DNA of 63,724 nt, filler included, from Rhabdomonas costata (Eukaryota), in the NCBI GenBank assembly GCA_019059605.1. It is 47 parts of 47 records of this genome, joined end to end, with 100 filler letters (N's around TTAATTAATTAA, not from the genome) between each part and the next. Parts side by side here need not be neighbours in the genome. Positions count along the whole stretch, not along the records: positions 48,890 to 50,147 come from JAHMHO010021646.1; positions 50,248 to 51,505 come from JAHMHO010021647.1; positions 51,606 to 52,863 come from JAHMHO010021648.1; positions 52,964 to 54,220 come from JAHMHO010021649.1; positions 54,321 to 55,578 come from JAHMHO010021650.1; positions 55,679 to 56,936 come from JAHMHO010021651.1; positions 57,037 to 58,294 come from JAHMHO010021652.1; positions 58,395 to 59,652 come from JAHMHO010021653.1; 39 more parts are not named here. One strand, given 5' to 3'. The notes under the pieces are model-generated. The model ran no database searches. It had not been told where the DNA came from and was given only the letters and a program-made list of their open reading frames with translations. Made by a program: the position numbers and the translations under genes. Positions within the stretch are counted from its first letter, which is position 1. Every line of letters begins with the position of its first letter. Of this stretch, positions 50,143 through 62,782 are shown in pieces.

Positions 50143-53100
50143 AACCCNNNNNNNNNNNNNNNNNNNNNNNNNNNNNNNNNNNNNNNNNNNNTTAATTAAT
50201 TAANNNNNNNNNNNNNNNNNNNNNNNNNNNNNNNNNNNNNNNNNNNNTGTGGGGTTTTTGTTTGAGTCATGTTGAAGGGGGAAACGCCAAATGTAATTTG
50301 CTCACCTTGGTTGGTCAATTCTTCACCTTTAGCTTCCTTGATGCTCATCCGCACACCCTCTCTGCCGTGCATTTACCCAAATCTGTGCCACGGGGCCTGT
50401 TTTCATGAGATCGCTTTGATGATGAAAAAACAATATCGTCGAAACGTCAACCTGCTCTCCGTCCCTTCCGTCTCAGATTCCACTGTCCCGATCGTTTTAA
50501 TTTACAACTCGGTCGTTAACTACTTTCCGCATGGAAGGTTCCTTAAATCTTCATCTTATAGTATCTGGAGCTTTTCCACTTCTCTGCGAGCCAAAGGCAC
50601 TGTCACCTCAAAATGGTTTATCTTGAAGGCGCTCGAAGCAGAGAGCTGTAGGTTTGAGCTTCTTTGAGTTTCTTTGAGTTTCTAGTCGGGTAAAGGATTT
50701 TTGCAGCACAGTTTTGGTCTGGGACATCACCCTGTAGTTTTTTCCTCATTTTGTATGTGGGGTCGCAGACGGGTTCCGTCTTTCTGTGCGGTCTGAACGC
50801 CCAAATGGGGGTGCACTGGTGCACTCTGAACGTCCTGCAAGGGGCCTTCAATGAATCTCAGGTGCCGAGAGAAAGAGAGAGGGAGAGAGAGGGGGAGGGG
50901 AGGGAGGGGAGGCGACCCTCCCCCACCCCGAGCCCGACCACCTCTCTAACCGTTCCGACGGCTGGTCCTATTGATCTTTGTTGGTCTGTTTGTGGCTTCG
51001 CCTCGGGAGCTAGATCGGACTCTTTTGGTGGTGGATTTGTAAATAGGACTGAAAAGAGAGGGGGGGGAGGCAGGCTGCACATTCCATTCCTCACGTTGTC
51101 AGCGATTGTTTTCGGGGGGGCGAGGCGTGCACATCGTCGTCCACCACAACCACGTGCTCTATTCCTGTGAGGATTAGGGCCACTCGTTTTCCCGCGAACT
51201 TTCTCTGTGCACTTTTGATTCAGGCCATCAACAACGGCAATCGGGCAAGCACACTTGTGAACTCGCCAATCAAAAATTAAAAGGCCCAATTGAAGTTGAG
51301 GTGGGGGCAGGGAGTAACGGTTACCATTTTTGTTACCTCCCCTTCTCCTTCTCCTGTACGTTAAGAGCCCAATCAAAGAACCCAAAGAATTTCCACTGTA
51401 TTCTTCCCCCGTTGCTTACGCTGTGCAGTCTAATGTCTGCAGGCAGGGAGGGTATCCCCAAAACCCTTCCAAAACTGCCTTTGACCGCCGTAGACTGGAT
51501 GGGGGNNNNNNNNNNNNNNNNNNNNNNNNNNNNNNNNNNNNNNNNNNNNTTAATTAATTAANNNNNNNNNNNNNNNNNNNNNNNNNNNNNNNNNNNNNNN
51601 NNNNNTGTGGCAGACCGTCATGACGTCTCCGAGCAACTGGCTGGTCTAGGGTCTGGTGATGCCGACAGGTGTCATGAGTTGCGTCTTGATGCCGAAACGT
51701 GGGATTCATTTTGGTGTTAAGCTCAGACGTTTTAGAACGTCCGACCTGGTCGGGGTTTTCGATAACAGCAGCACAAGTTTCTTTCCACAATTAGACTCCG
51801 TGTATGCTTAAACCTCGCCTGCACAAACCTAGTCTCCGGAGTCGCTGGAGGGTGGAAAGCACGTTCTTGCTTCCTCAGCGGTAGGCTCTATTCCTTCCCT
51901 GCCCGCTTTGTGTTTTTCGTTCTCCGCTGCTAAACACTGATATGATTTCCTTGGGTTCACAGTGATTAAAGTTATCTTGTCCAGTCCCTGAGATGAGGGG
52001 AACCGCTTTTGGCTTTGCAGGTTCCCAAGATTTTCTCGACCAGAGCTAGCTTAACTTTGCTCCCACACCCTCCGAGTCCACTTTACTACTCGTTCCTCGC
52101 TTTTCAATCCATCTGGTTTCATACTCATAGCAGGCTAGCAGGCTACATCGAAAACAGAGAGACTAGATAATCGTGGCGCAAAAAAAGGCGCACTGCGCAC
52201 ATTTCCGGCACCAGGGGCATGAATACAGGGTAAAAACACTTCCGTCGGAAATATAACGCACTAAATTCACCGCCTCGGGGTATAACTAGGCCGTCTCAAG
52301 TTGCCCAAAGCAAAAACTAATAAGAACCATGTCTTTCTTTGCGCTCAAACCCTCCGTGTCCACCTTGTCCTTTCGTTCCTCGTTCAGCAACGTATGCAAT
52401 TTGGCAATAATTGCTAACGTCAGCCAGCTTGCCATCTTTTTAAACGAAGAACGCGGCCCTTTTGATTTCGGTCGCTTCGTGCTTACCTCGTGTAGTTTTC
52501 TGTGGTTGCACTGGTGCACCGTGCTGAACCCCGTGCCACCTCCTCACCGCCTGTGGACACAGAGACAGGATTGTTGAATGGAACCCATACTACACAGTGG
52601 TTGTGTGCCTTCCCGGTGCGGGAACACAACTCAAATACAAGAGGTAAAACGAGGAAGGAGGAGAAGGGAGGTAGAAAAAACAATGCGCAGGCGCATAGTA
52701 AACCACACAGCCACACACGCACCGCATACAGCATAACATAGCAGAACATGAAACCACTTTCTGCTTCATCTCCGCCGCACTGGGGGGCGGACGGCAGCCA
52801 ACACCAACCTCCCACGCCAAAAGGATTTCCATCGAGGATGCACCACTCCACACACACACACACNNNNNNNNNNNNNNNNNNNNNNNNNNNNNNNNNNNNN
52901 NNNNNNNTTAATTAATTAANNNNNNNNNNNNNNNNNNNNNNNNNNNNNNNNNNNNNNNNNNNNTTGGGGGAGGTAAGAAAGCAATGGGCGAGGGCGGAGT
53001 GTGGGGTGGGGGGTGTCGGATACGGTGAGAGAAGGAGCAGAAAGAGCAGAAGGAGAGAGAGCTAAGCCGAAGCAAACCTGGGGTCTTTGTACAGCGGGCC

Positions 53101-55024
53101 TCCCGAAACACTGCGTGACCGCCGGTCTTGTGGGTCAGGGGTTTCTCAACCATTCACCTTCTTCTTGCCCACGCAGCGGCGTACAAGGAACCACCCCCCG
53201 CAAAAAGGGCTCGGCGACTGGCTCTTGACCACCCGGCAGCCCACAAAAATTTCATCACTGTATCCATTGGATTGCACTCCTCTTTTTTTGTGTGTGGGTG
53301 CCCGCAGGATTCCCGAGATGACGATTTTCTCCGGGGCTTCGAGCAAATTCACAGCATCAAAGCGCTCAGTGAAAGTGTCCCGGAGGTCTGTCTGCTTCCG
53401 GCACACCCTGTTGCAGCCTGCACCCGAAGTACACAGAAAATGGACCTTGTGTTGGTTGCAATGTCGGCTCAGAGATAGTAGTCGGTCAGACCAACCTCTA
53501 ACCCACACCAAAAACAGCCGGCGGAAAGCCACCGTGAAAAACTTCGTTGTTTTCCTGTGATCCCAGGCCCCAGGCCTCCTTCGGCTTAGCCCTTATATGA
53601 CATATTGGTGTGATCTTCCGTAAAATTCCCCGTTTCACCTCAAAACTGAGAGAGGGAAACGTTTCCAAGACGGAGTCATTTTGGACGGAGGTTAGATAGG
53701 GGTAATTTTCGTCCTTTTTTTTTCGCTCATGTTGTCCGGAATGTGCCTGTGGGTGTTTTCTGATGAATTTCTATTCGGTGCCGTTTTTATATTGTCCGCT
53801 TCCAAAAGTAAAGCGGAGTCTTCGTTCGTGCGTGGGAAACTCTCCCTTTTGAGATAAAACGCGTATTTGTAGTGATCCCCTCACAAGGGGATCCTCCTGT
53901 CGTATCGGATCGGTTACTGGCCTCTTTCTTTGGAACGGCAGTGGCCGGCTTTCCTGACAAACAGGGGCGCGTTTACTATCGATCATTGTTCGGTCATCTG
54001 CCGGTGAAGAAGGAAAGGAGCTCGAGTGGTGAGAGTGAGAGACGGAGAACGAGGATGGGGATCGGGATGGGGTGTCCACAGGTGGTTGATGACGACTTCG
54101 TATCGTCCCCATCGTCCGATCCCGGGGACACCAGGGACTTCTCCCCGCAGGTTGATGTTCAGCTGGTGTGTGTTTGCGCTGTTTTTTATTTTGACGGACT
54201 GTACGAACTACCAAAACAAANNNNNNNNNNNNNNNNNNNNNNNNNNNNNNNNNNNNNNNNNNNNTTAATTAATTAANNNNNNNNNNNNNNNNNNNNNNNN
54301 NNNNNNNNNNNNNNNNNNNNGTTGGGGTTGCGATCGCCAAGATTGCGCTACTCCCGTATTCAGGTACGCCTGTTTGCGAGCTGGGTGTGCATATATTTTG
54401 TGCATATAGGAGAATGGTGATGAGAAAGGATGATGAAAAGGAACAAAAGACGTGAATCACCGTGTGCCGTTTTATATTGCAGTGACGACTTTGCCAAAAT
54501 TTCCATTCTTTCTGTCAGGGGCGTGCAGCCTATTTTTGCGGTTGCTGTTCGACAAGAAGTTTGGCCTTCCTCTCGCGGTGCGAGCACAACCGCATGCATT
54601 CAGTACAACTTTTAATAAACTCACGTCGGTTATCTTTCTCGGAGACCACACACTGCACCACTGTCACCGGGTATCTGGGGCCGCTCCGCTCGGCACAACA
54701 TTGGGTAATTATTTGTTCCACAGCTGTGTCTGATCGCTTTTGTGTGTGCTTGTGCAAAGAAAATGTTATAGCACCTCGCAGCTGCATGTTTTTCTCTTAG
54801 TTAAGGTATCCAGAGAAATTTTGGGTCGAGTTAAATTGTTTGTGTGTTGGGTTGTAATTTTTATAGCGTACCGACAGCGTATACCGACCAGTCCAGCAAA
54901 AGGGTGTCAAATTATCACACCCTTGCTTCCTCCTCCTCCAGGTCCGGCTCCCGTCCCATGGGACCATGTCGGCAGTCACCCAGCGAAGAGGGTTCCCACC
55001 CCCACCTCCTCCACTTTAATTCAG

Positions 55025-55171
55025 TGCATCGACGCGGTGGTCCAGCACTTTGGCAGTTTTCTCACTGACAACCGCCCGCAATTCCCCGTGGTCTGGCACC
55101 AGTCTCTGCTGACCTTCGTGCAGCGGTACAAGAATGACCTTACCCCGGCCCAAGTTGACCTGCTGTTCAAG
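55025..55171 (+). CDS. BYSL: Bystin/Enp1 exon (40S biogenesis factor)
   Basis: CIDAVVQHFGSFLTDNRPQFPVVWHQSLLTFVQRYKNDLT matches bystin DA-x-V-x-HF...PV-x-WHQ-x-LL-x-x-VQRYK-x-DL; cag/GTCCAC boundaries, 49 codons. Confidence 0.93.
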
Positions 55172-56598
55172 GTCCACCCCTCCCTGCCTGGGCCCTGTTG
55201 CTCTTCTCCATGCGCAGATTTTTGTTTGCTTCCGCTGACTATGGTTGCACTGAATCGGGGCCTTAACGTAGGTTTGCTGAGACCCTTATTGTACCCTCTC
55301 AAAAAAGCGACTGCCTGTTTGTTTTGAGATAAATCCCAAACCCCACAATCCCCCACGTGGTCCCAATTGTAAAAAAAAAAAAAAATCCAGCACGCAAAGG
55401 TGAGCGTTTTGGAGATAGAAAAGGGAGGAATGTGTTCCTATGTGTTCCCACACGGGACAAAGGAGTGAGCCGGCAGAGAAATGAGACAGAGATCAAGGGG
55501 GGAGAGAGAGACGACGTAACAACGAGTTGCGCTCCCCAGGGGCCACCAGAGGCTGCAGCCCGTGCTACCCCCACACCCNNNNNNNNNNNNNNNNNNNNNN
55601 NNNNNNNNNNNNNNNNNNNNNNTTAATTAATTAANNNNNNNNNNNNNNNNNNNNNNNNNNNNNNNNNNNNNNNNNNNNACAGGCGCTCAGGGAGTCATTG
55701 AACGTATTCAGGATCATCTTGCCGAAGCTGAGTCTCGTGGTTATGCTCATGGAGTAGACGCTGCCCGAAAGCAAAACCTGCAAAATGCGTTTTTCCAATG
55801 TACCAGCCCGCAGCCCTCATATACAGTCTAGGAGTGCGGGAGAAGAGACTGCAACACCACATTAAACTTGTCTGTTGTCTAGAGGTAAAAAAAACAAGGC
55901 GAAAAGATGATAAAAAAGATCACCAAGGGCTCTCATTTTTTCAGTCTATGGCTCTAGCAACTTGTACACTCCGAGCACAAACTGGGCGGTGCATTATTGA
56001 AGGGTTCATGTGGTTAAGGTTTGCTTTGACACTGGACAGATTTGGTTTTTTCTTAAATCCCGCAAGGTGTCCTCAGCCTGACACCTCGTTCAAAGGGCTG
56101 CTACAAAGCTACAAAGCCGAACTTTTTTCATTTTGCAACTGCTAAAAAAATAACTTTTTTGCTAAAAAAAATTGTAGCGAGAAATTTTTTTTTGCAATTG
56201 TAGTTGTGGTCACGATACTGCACCCGCCCCGCCCCCCCTGCTAGGAACCTTTGGTTCCCCGAATGCCCTCTCTTGGGACTGTTTCTTTGTGGGGGTGGGG
56301 CGTTGTGCATTTAACACCGTTTGCTAGCTGGAACAGTTGGCTGCACTCATTTTTCTTGGCTTCCTTTTTTCCTTTTTTGGCGTCCCTAGCTCTGTTCTGG
56401 GCCACCATTATTACTGATTCTTCCGCAATCAGTGCCTCGCAGTCCAACAGTTACTGCGTGCAATCTGTCTTGCAGCTTCTGCTTTTTATGTTAAAATTTT
56501 TTATTTATTTTTAATGCTTTTTTTCTGCCTCGCAACGCAACGCAAAAACAGTTTCGGTTTTGCCTCAATTTTGTGTCATTTGTGGTCATCACGCACAG

Positions 56599-56885
56599 CG
56601 AAATCTCTTCCTCTTGCGCTGTGCTGCCCGTTGACTCGCTGCCCCATGCGCGATCCAGTGCTCACTCCTCAAGGGGTGACATATGAGTCCGCAGTTCTGG
56701 GGCACTGGCTGAGCGACAACAAGAGCCGGGACCCGCTCAGCGGAAAAGTACTACAGCTGTCGACGCTAGTAGCAAACCGGTTCTATACCCAACTAACGAC
56801 GTGTCTGCGCGCGTCATGGTTGCGTGAGGGCAGAGCTTCTCGTTGGAGCACTGCAGTTTCCCGACTTCTGCCCTTTTCGCAGTAA
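56599..56885 (+). CDS. U-box domain exon (E3 ligase-like)
   Basis: LPLALCCPLTRCPMRDPVLTPQGVTYESAVLGHWLSDNKSRDPLSGKVLQLSTLVAN matches the U-box consensus CP-x-T-x-x-x-M-x-DPV-x-x-x-x-G-x-TYE...W...P-x-[ST]...L-x-x-N. Confidence 0.88.
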
Positions 56886-57044
56886 CACCTCCTCCCGCTT
56901 CACAAACAATTCAGAAAGCCCGGCCCGCGGAGGAACNNNNNNNNNNNNNNNNNNNNNNNNNNNNNNNNNNNNNNNNNNNNTTAATTAATTAANNNNNNNN
57001 NNNNNNNNNNNNNNNNNNNNNNNNNNNNNNNNNNNNTGTGTGTG

Positions 57045-57736
57045 TGTTCCGGAGATCGACCTGGCGCTTGGGGGCCACGACCACTACCCATTGCACGTGG
57101 TGGAGGCAGGCACTGCGCTGGTGAAGAGCGGGGCGGACTGCCGGTCGACGAGCTTTGTGGAAGTGTGGAAGCCGGCTGATCCCGGGGGCAAGCCGGAGGT
57201 GCGGGTGGAGCTCATTAATCTTATGACCGCTATCGCTGAAGGTGTGTTTTTTGGTTCGTTGTTGGATGTGGGGCCGTGGTTGTCTTTTTCCTCTGGTTTC
57301 TGTACAAGGAACCGGGAGCGGGTGCTACTTATTCGATCTTTTCGATTTCACTTTGCTCGTCACCTTCGCCAGTAACCCAATAGGCTGTTTTATTTACATT
57401 CCTCCTCCTTCCCCTTCCTCTCACTGTGCATCTCTGTGCATGGCTTAAGGTTTGGTCATATCTCGAGACTTATTTGGAAGATGAAGTGCATGGCTTCCCT
57501 TAAAATTGGGATTTGTGTTTCCACCTTTTCAATTTTCGTATCTCGTCACTCTGCTGTGGGCATGGCCGCATTCATTACTCGGCGTGTGCTTGCAGACCCA
57601 ACGGTCCAGTCGATTCTCGAGTCCTTTGAGGACTACCTCAGTGAGAAGCTTTCCACCCCACAATGCCACATCTCCGACGACCTCGACGTGATTACAGCCT
57701 CAGTTCGGACTCGGGAATCTTCAATTGGCAACATCG
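57045..57736 (+). CDS. 5'-nucleotidase family metallophosphoesterase, two exons (contig start-57241; 57596-57736)
   Basis: VPEIDLALGGHDH (metal-binding GGH-x-H), then LVKSGAD, then DPTVQSIL...LDVITASVRTRESSIGN; in-phase GT-AG intron. Confidence 0.9.
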
Positions 57737-58429
57737 GTTTGTTTTTGGAAGGGTGCTCTTTAGATTCGCTTCGGCAGTTGATGTGCTGCATTCCTGGTCT
57801 GCTGTGGTTCCGTTCGTGCGCTTGGCCGTGCGGGGTGCACGTTAGCATATGTTTGTTACTTTCTCTGAACAATAACGCTGGATGGAGGTGGTTCTAGTGT
57901 AGCGTTGTGTGGTGGGGTACCCGGAAGAAGAAGCTTTTCCAGGGGGCTGGGTGGCCATGTGCACTTCTCTGGGATTCCGGTGCTGAGTACCCACTCCCTC
58001 ACACACACTGTTCTAACCCTTTCCGATGGGAAAAGACCCCAGAAAATCTCAACAAAAGGGACAAATTTTGTCAGGTGCACAACCAACAAGGAATGCAGGC
58101 GCGGTTTCTGCCGTCCTGATTGGAACATGTATAAGTGATTAGTGAGAGAGCATGAGAGCTACGGGAAACAGCCAGGACCAGTAGGAGCAAGCACAGCACA
58201 CACTGTCACTGGACACACTGTCAGGTGTATAAACCCCATACGCCCCGTTCCAAATCCCCTGCACCCAACCACGTCGACCGACCCCAAAAAACACNNNNNN
58301 NNNNNNNNNNNNNNNNNNNNNNNNNNNNNNNNNNNNNNTTAATTAATTAANNNNNNNNNNNNNNNNNNNNNNNNNNNNNNNNNNNNNNNNNNNNTTTTTT
58401 TTTTGGGGGGGGGGCTTTCGGGACAACAG

Positions 58430-59329
58430 AAGCGAAGCACTTCTCTGGAGACTCTGCTCAACTGCCTGAATTTGCTGGCGGGAGTGGGCTTGCTGTCGTT
58501 ACCCTTTTGCCTGAAGCTGTGCGGATGGTCCGGCATCGTGCTGATTCCGCTGTTTGGAGTATGTGTTCCTCCCTTTCCCTCCCGTATCGCCGCCACTTTT
58601 CGACATGTAACTGTTGAACGAAATCTCTCCTCTGCATGACGGGAGGATTTGTTGTGTTTCGTAACTTTCAACCTCCAAAAACCGGCTGATAGATCATGCT
58701 GGATGGGCGAGTTTGAAACTATGTTCTGCGTCACGCACATCACCCCCCTGGTTCACAAAAGTTCCAGAACAAACAAAGCACAGAACAAAGAGGTCTACAA
58801 AATGGCAGATGCACACAAAGGAGTCGGAACGAAGATCCGGTGCTGTTGGGCGGGACAGAAAGCCCCAAAATGTCCCAGAGCTGTGATGAAAAGTGGGTGT
58901 TCGCGGGCGCGTTCGGGGATCATTGTGGTTTGTGTGTTGTGCTCCTTGTCTTCCCTGGCAATTCGTGGTGATATGTGTGATGCGTTCGATGGAGTTTGAT
59001 GGAGTTTGATGGGGGATTGTTGTTCTTGGAAAAACGACTCATATATTTACATGGGCAATTTCCTTCCTTGGTTCATTTCTATTTTCTCTATTGTTCTGAG
59101 GATTTCAGCACCAGGCGGTCACATTAGCAACTTGCATCGTTGTAGATCTGCATTCATTCTTCGAAAGAAATGGGGTGCTCTGTAAAACGTGCAGATAACC
59201 TGCAACTATACTGCTCACTTGCTTGGTGAGCTGATGTTGTTGGACGGGCGCCTGAAGGGGTATCCTGACCTAGCCACCCTGGCGCTGGGAGCGTGGGGTA
59301 GGCTCATCCTGAAGGCCGTGTTTTCGATG
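58430..59329 (+). CDS. AAAP-family amino-acid transporter, AVT1-like, two exons (58430-58558; 59195-59329)
   Basis: STSLETLLNCLNLLAGVGLLSLPFCLKLCGWSGIVLIPLFG|ITCNYTAHLLGELM...GYPDLATLALGAWGR; phase-0 GT-AG intron. The second exon is absent from the ORF track. Confidence 0.92.
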
Positions 59330-61110
59330 GTATGAGGGATTTTTTTTTATGCAGCTGTTCACATGATCTTCTGTGACTTTGCACATTTCCAGCAAACCAG
59401 TGAGGCCAAGGGGGGTTTAAGTGGTACATAGACTCTGGAACAACTCTGGAAGTCATTAACTCTTCTTCTTATATCTGCATTAAACATGGAAGTGCTGTCG
59501 TCAGGTGTGTTGCAGACTAATCCTTTTCTCAATTTTCTTTCTCATTATTTATTCATTTGAGGAAGTCGCGTGCTTGAAGCTCAGTCGCAGCGCATACGCA
59601 AACACCAACAAACAAACAGAAATGTCACCAAACAACCAAACACACCCACCACNNNNNNNNNNNNNNNNNNNNNNNNNNNNNNNNNNNNNNNNNNNNTTAA
59701 TTAATTAANNNNNNNNNNNNNNNNNNNNNNNNNNNNNNNNNNNNNNNNNNNNTGTGGTTGGTCCAGATATCAAGGGTAGTTGAACAGTGCTGTTATGCGC
59801 ATTGGAGTTTCGCTTTAAACTCATTAACCCCTTGACAAAGAGTTATTTCCATCCCAACTTGTTTATGTTCTCCCTCCCTGATGGACTGTTTGGCGGCAAC
59901 GATCCGTCCACTGTTGCCCCCTCTTCCCAAAAATAAGGAGGGGAATGACAAGAAGGCAAGCAAAAGTTAAGAGCCCAGGGTTTCTTTTTAGCTGTTGCGA
60001 GAGGAACCGCCCCAATAAAGTTTGACCAGAAACGCCATGTGTTGCGAGATTTGCGTCTGGAAGCGGTCTTTCACCGGGTCTAACGGTTTCTGTTGATTGC
60101 TAAGTTTCACCCTTGGCGGTCACCCTCTGTGCGAATTCCCTTAGTCCGTAGTCCTACGTGCTTTTTTTGAACACATATTCGCACACATTTCACGCACGGT
60201 GCAGGAATCCACCGATGCGGAGACGGAGCCAGAGCCACCTCAGAAGTGGGTAGGAAGGGGACTGGCAGGTCCCTCTTCTTCCCTCCACCTCCACTCCGCA
60301 TCTTTATCTGCCATACTACTGGTACAGCTATCGGTGCAAAGGTGCCTCTGTAACGTGAGTAATGGGGGGCTTTCTACCCATTTGCCATTTGGTGCAGTAC
60401 CGAGGCGTAGACAGTGCAGCGTGCGATAGTGGCGAGAATTTTCGGTGCAACAAGGAAGCGTAATTCTATTTTGGTTATGCAATCTGCGGTTGAAGTTTAG
60501 CTGGGTGAATCGCTGGAACAGCCCTCCAGTTTGTCCAGTGGTCGCCTGGAGCTGTTGATGACCTTGGGGGGTGAGCTCGATTGCTAGTGAATTGATTGGC
60601 TTTTGGGGTCTGATTAGCTGGGCTGAGTGGCCTACCCCTCGGTCCAGCGGTGCCGTGGGAGGCCAAGCTGCGCCATTTTGCCGAGGTTTCCGCTTCTCCC
60701 TTTCTCTCGTGCTGGCTCTTGTTCCATTGGGAAACTTGACCCTGAGGGGTTATCTGTCATTCGAAGTTTGTGGTTTGTGCTGGTGTGCGCTTCAAGTAAT
60801 GCCCACTGTTTCGTCTGCACCCCTCCTTGTGACTGAGCCGCCAAAGATGTCCTGAGCTGCTGAGTGTGGGGGGAGGGGCTCGTGCGTACTCACCATCTCT
60901 TGTTATGACGCACACGATTCTGATTTTTCTTCGGCGGTGTCTTCCGGGGAGGGAAGGTGGTTCCAGGGGGCGCCCGAGCAGTGGTTGGCTCCCTCCTGGA
61001 ACCACCCAACNNNNNNNNNNNNNNNNNNNNNNNNNNNNNNNNNNNNNNNNNNNNTTAATTAATTAANNNNNNNNNNNNNNNNNNNNNNNNNNNNNNNNNN
61101 NNNNNNNNNN

Positions 61111-61609
61111 GCACGACAACCGGCCGAGGGTGAAAGGTTGGGAATCTCCTGACCCCAAGAATCGGCCACGCAGCGTTTCGGGAGGCCTGCTTAAGACCCC
61201 TAAAGAGGCCTGCTTCGGCTTCGGTCTGCTTTTGATATCCCAAGACAGTCACGTTCCCTTTTTACAAATTCCCTTTTTGTTCCTGTTTTGTTATCCTCTC
61301 CTTATATTCGTTTGCACCTGGTCCCCCCCCCAAAAAAAAACTCTACGTCAAACGCTCAGAATGGAAGGCACGCTCCTCTCCTCAGCTTCTCCGCTCAGGA
61401 GGGTATGCCCGACTTTTGCTTTACCCCTTCCTTCTGTTTCTCGAGCTTTTCTTCTCACGATATTTATCTTGCCGTCCTTCGCCTGCTCTCATCCATTCGG
61501 TGTCGTCGTTTGATTTGTTGCTTTATTGGCACAGGCCCCGCGCATTTTGTTTGATGTCTCTGTCGAAGACATGGAGGACTTCGAGGATTCGCTTCACAGA
61601 ACTTCGACC
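61111..61609 (+). CDS. Unknown protein, two probable exons (contig start-61207; 61535-61609)
   Basis: VKGWESPDPKNRPRSVSGGLLKTPKE|APRILFDVSVEDMEDFEDSLHRTST; joining them in frame is simplest with a GC donor at 61208. Confidence 0.5.
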
Positions 61610-62467
61610 GTTCCCGCCTTGCTCAGGTCAAATCTTTTTTTTTTGCAAATAACACCTGTGCTTTTATCGTGCACAGAGAGCGTCGCACCCGAGCACCCAA
61701 CTGTGATGTCACTTTCCCCCCTGTGTCTCAAAACAGACTTGCTTTCGTTTGAAGCGAGTTTTCGTGGCTCAGAGGTCAATGTTGACTGAGGGGTCAAGGG
61801 CCTAAAGGGCCCAAAGCACCAGAGCGCCTGCTGACTAACTTGAATATAAAAAGTGAGCTCCATGTTTACATACGAAAGGAAAAGGAAACGATTTTCAGCA
61901 AATCTAAGCAAAACATAAGCAACCAAAAGATGAGTGACTGCGAGGTTGTCGGGCAAGCAAGCCCAGACTCCACTGGACTTCGGTGGGGCATAGTGATCTC
62001 CCTTTGTTTTGATGGATATGGTCCGGGCCATTTCAAAACAACAGCGAATCCCAGAAAGGTGACCTCAACTCAGGAGCTTCCATTACAAAGAAACGACTGT
62101 GCTGACGTGGGTTACTATTCCTCAACCCCAAACCCCACCTAAGTCCGTTGACACCTCGTTTTTCACCTCTCTCTTTTAAAAAGGCACGGGCAATGTCCTC
62201 TTTTCTGCATCGAAAATGAAATGACACAGCTGTCCCTAAGTCAAATAATAAGACCTTGCGATCTCAACCGATTTCAGAACACCCGTAGCAGAGCAAGCAC
62301 GCTAGCATTGTCCTTCCTCTTTTTTTTTGGCAGGGCCAGAGCCAAGTCCTGTCGCCGCCCCACACCCNNNNNNNNNNNNNNNNNNNNNNNNNNNNNNNNN
62401 NNNNNNNNNNNTTAATTAATTAANNNNNNNNNNNNNNNNNNNNNNNNNNNNNNNNNNNNNNNNNNNN

Positions 62468-62619
62468 TGTTTGTGGGGGCAGCACTCACTCGTTCTGTTT
62501 TGATCACGCAGTTAATATGCTGCGCCAAAGGAGACTCAGCAGCCAGCAACTGCCACCGAAGGCGCAGCATATTAACTGCGTGATCAAAACAGAACGAGTG
62601 AGTGCTGCCCACACAAACA
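62468..62619. other. Contig-terminal inverted repeat (fold-back chimera)
   Basis: About 50-bp perfect arms (62477-62526 against 62561-62610), extending imperfectly to the contig start. Confidence 0.85.
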
Positions 62620-62638
62620 ACAATAACCTACTTTGAAG

Positions 62639-62782
62639 AAACGACAGGAATGGATGGACCGCCTCAAAGAGCAGAGGCATCCAGAGGAGATCGTGAAAAG
62701 GGGAATGGCAAAAAGGGTAGCAACCAGTGAGATCCCGGGCTTGAACGTCACACTGTGCGAGAACGGTGGCGGTCTGAAGGAG
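62639..62782 (+). CDS. Probable exon of an unknown protein
   Basis: AG/GT-bounded 48 codons KRQEWMDRLKEQRHPEEIVKRGMAKRVATSEIPGLNVTLCENGGGLKE. Confidence 0.5.

Noticed and set aside
52329-52420. NLAIIANV as a translational GTPase G1 lead-in
   Set aside because: No DHGKT continuation was found in any frame or downstream exon.
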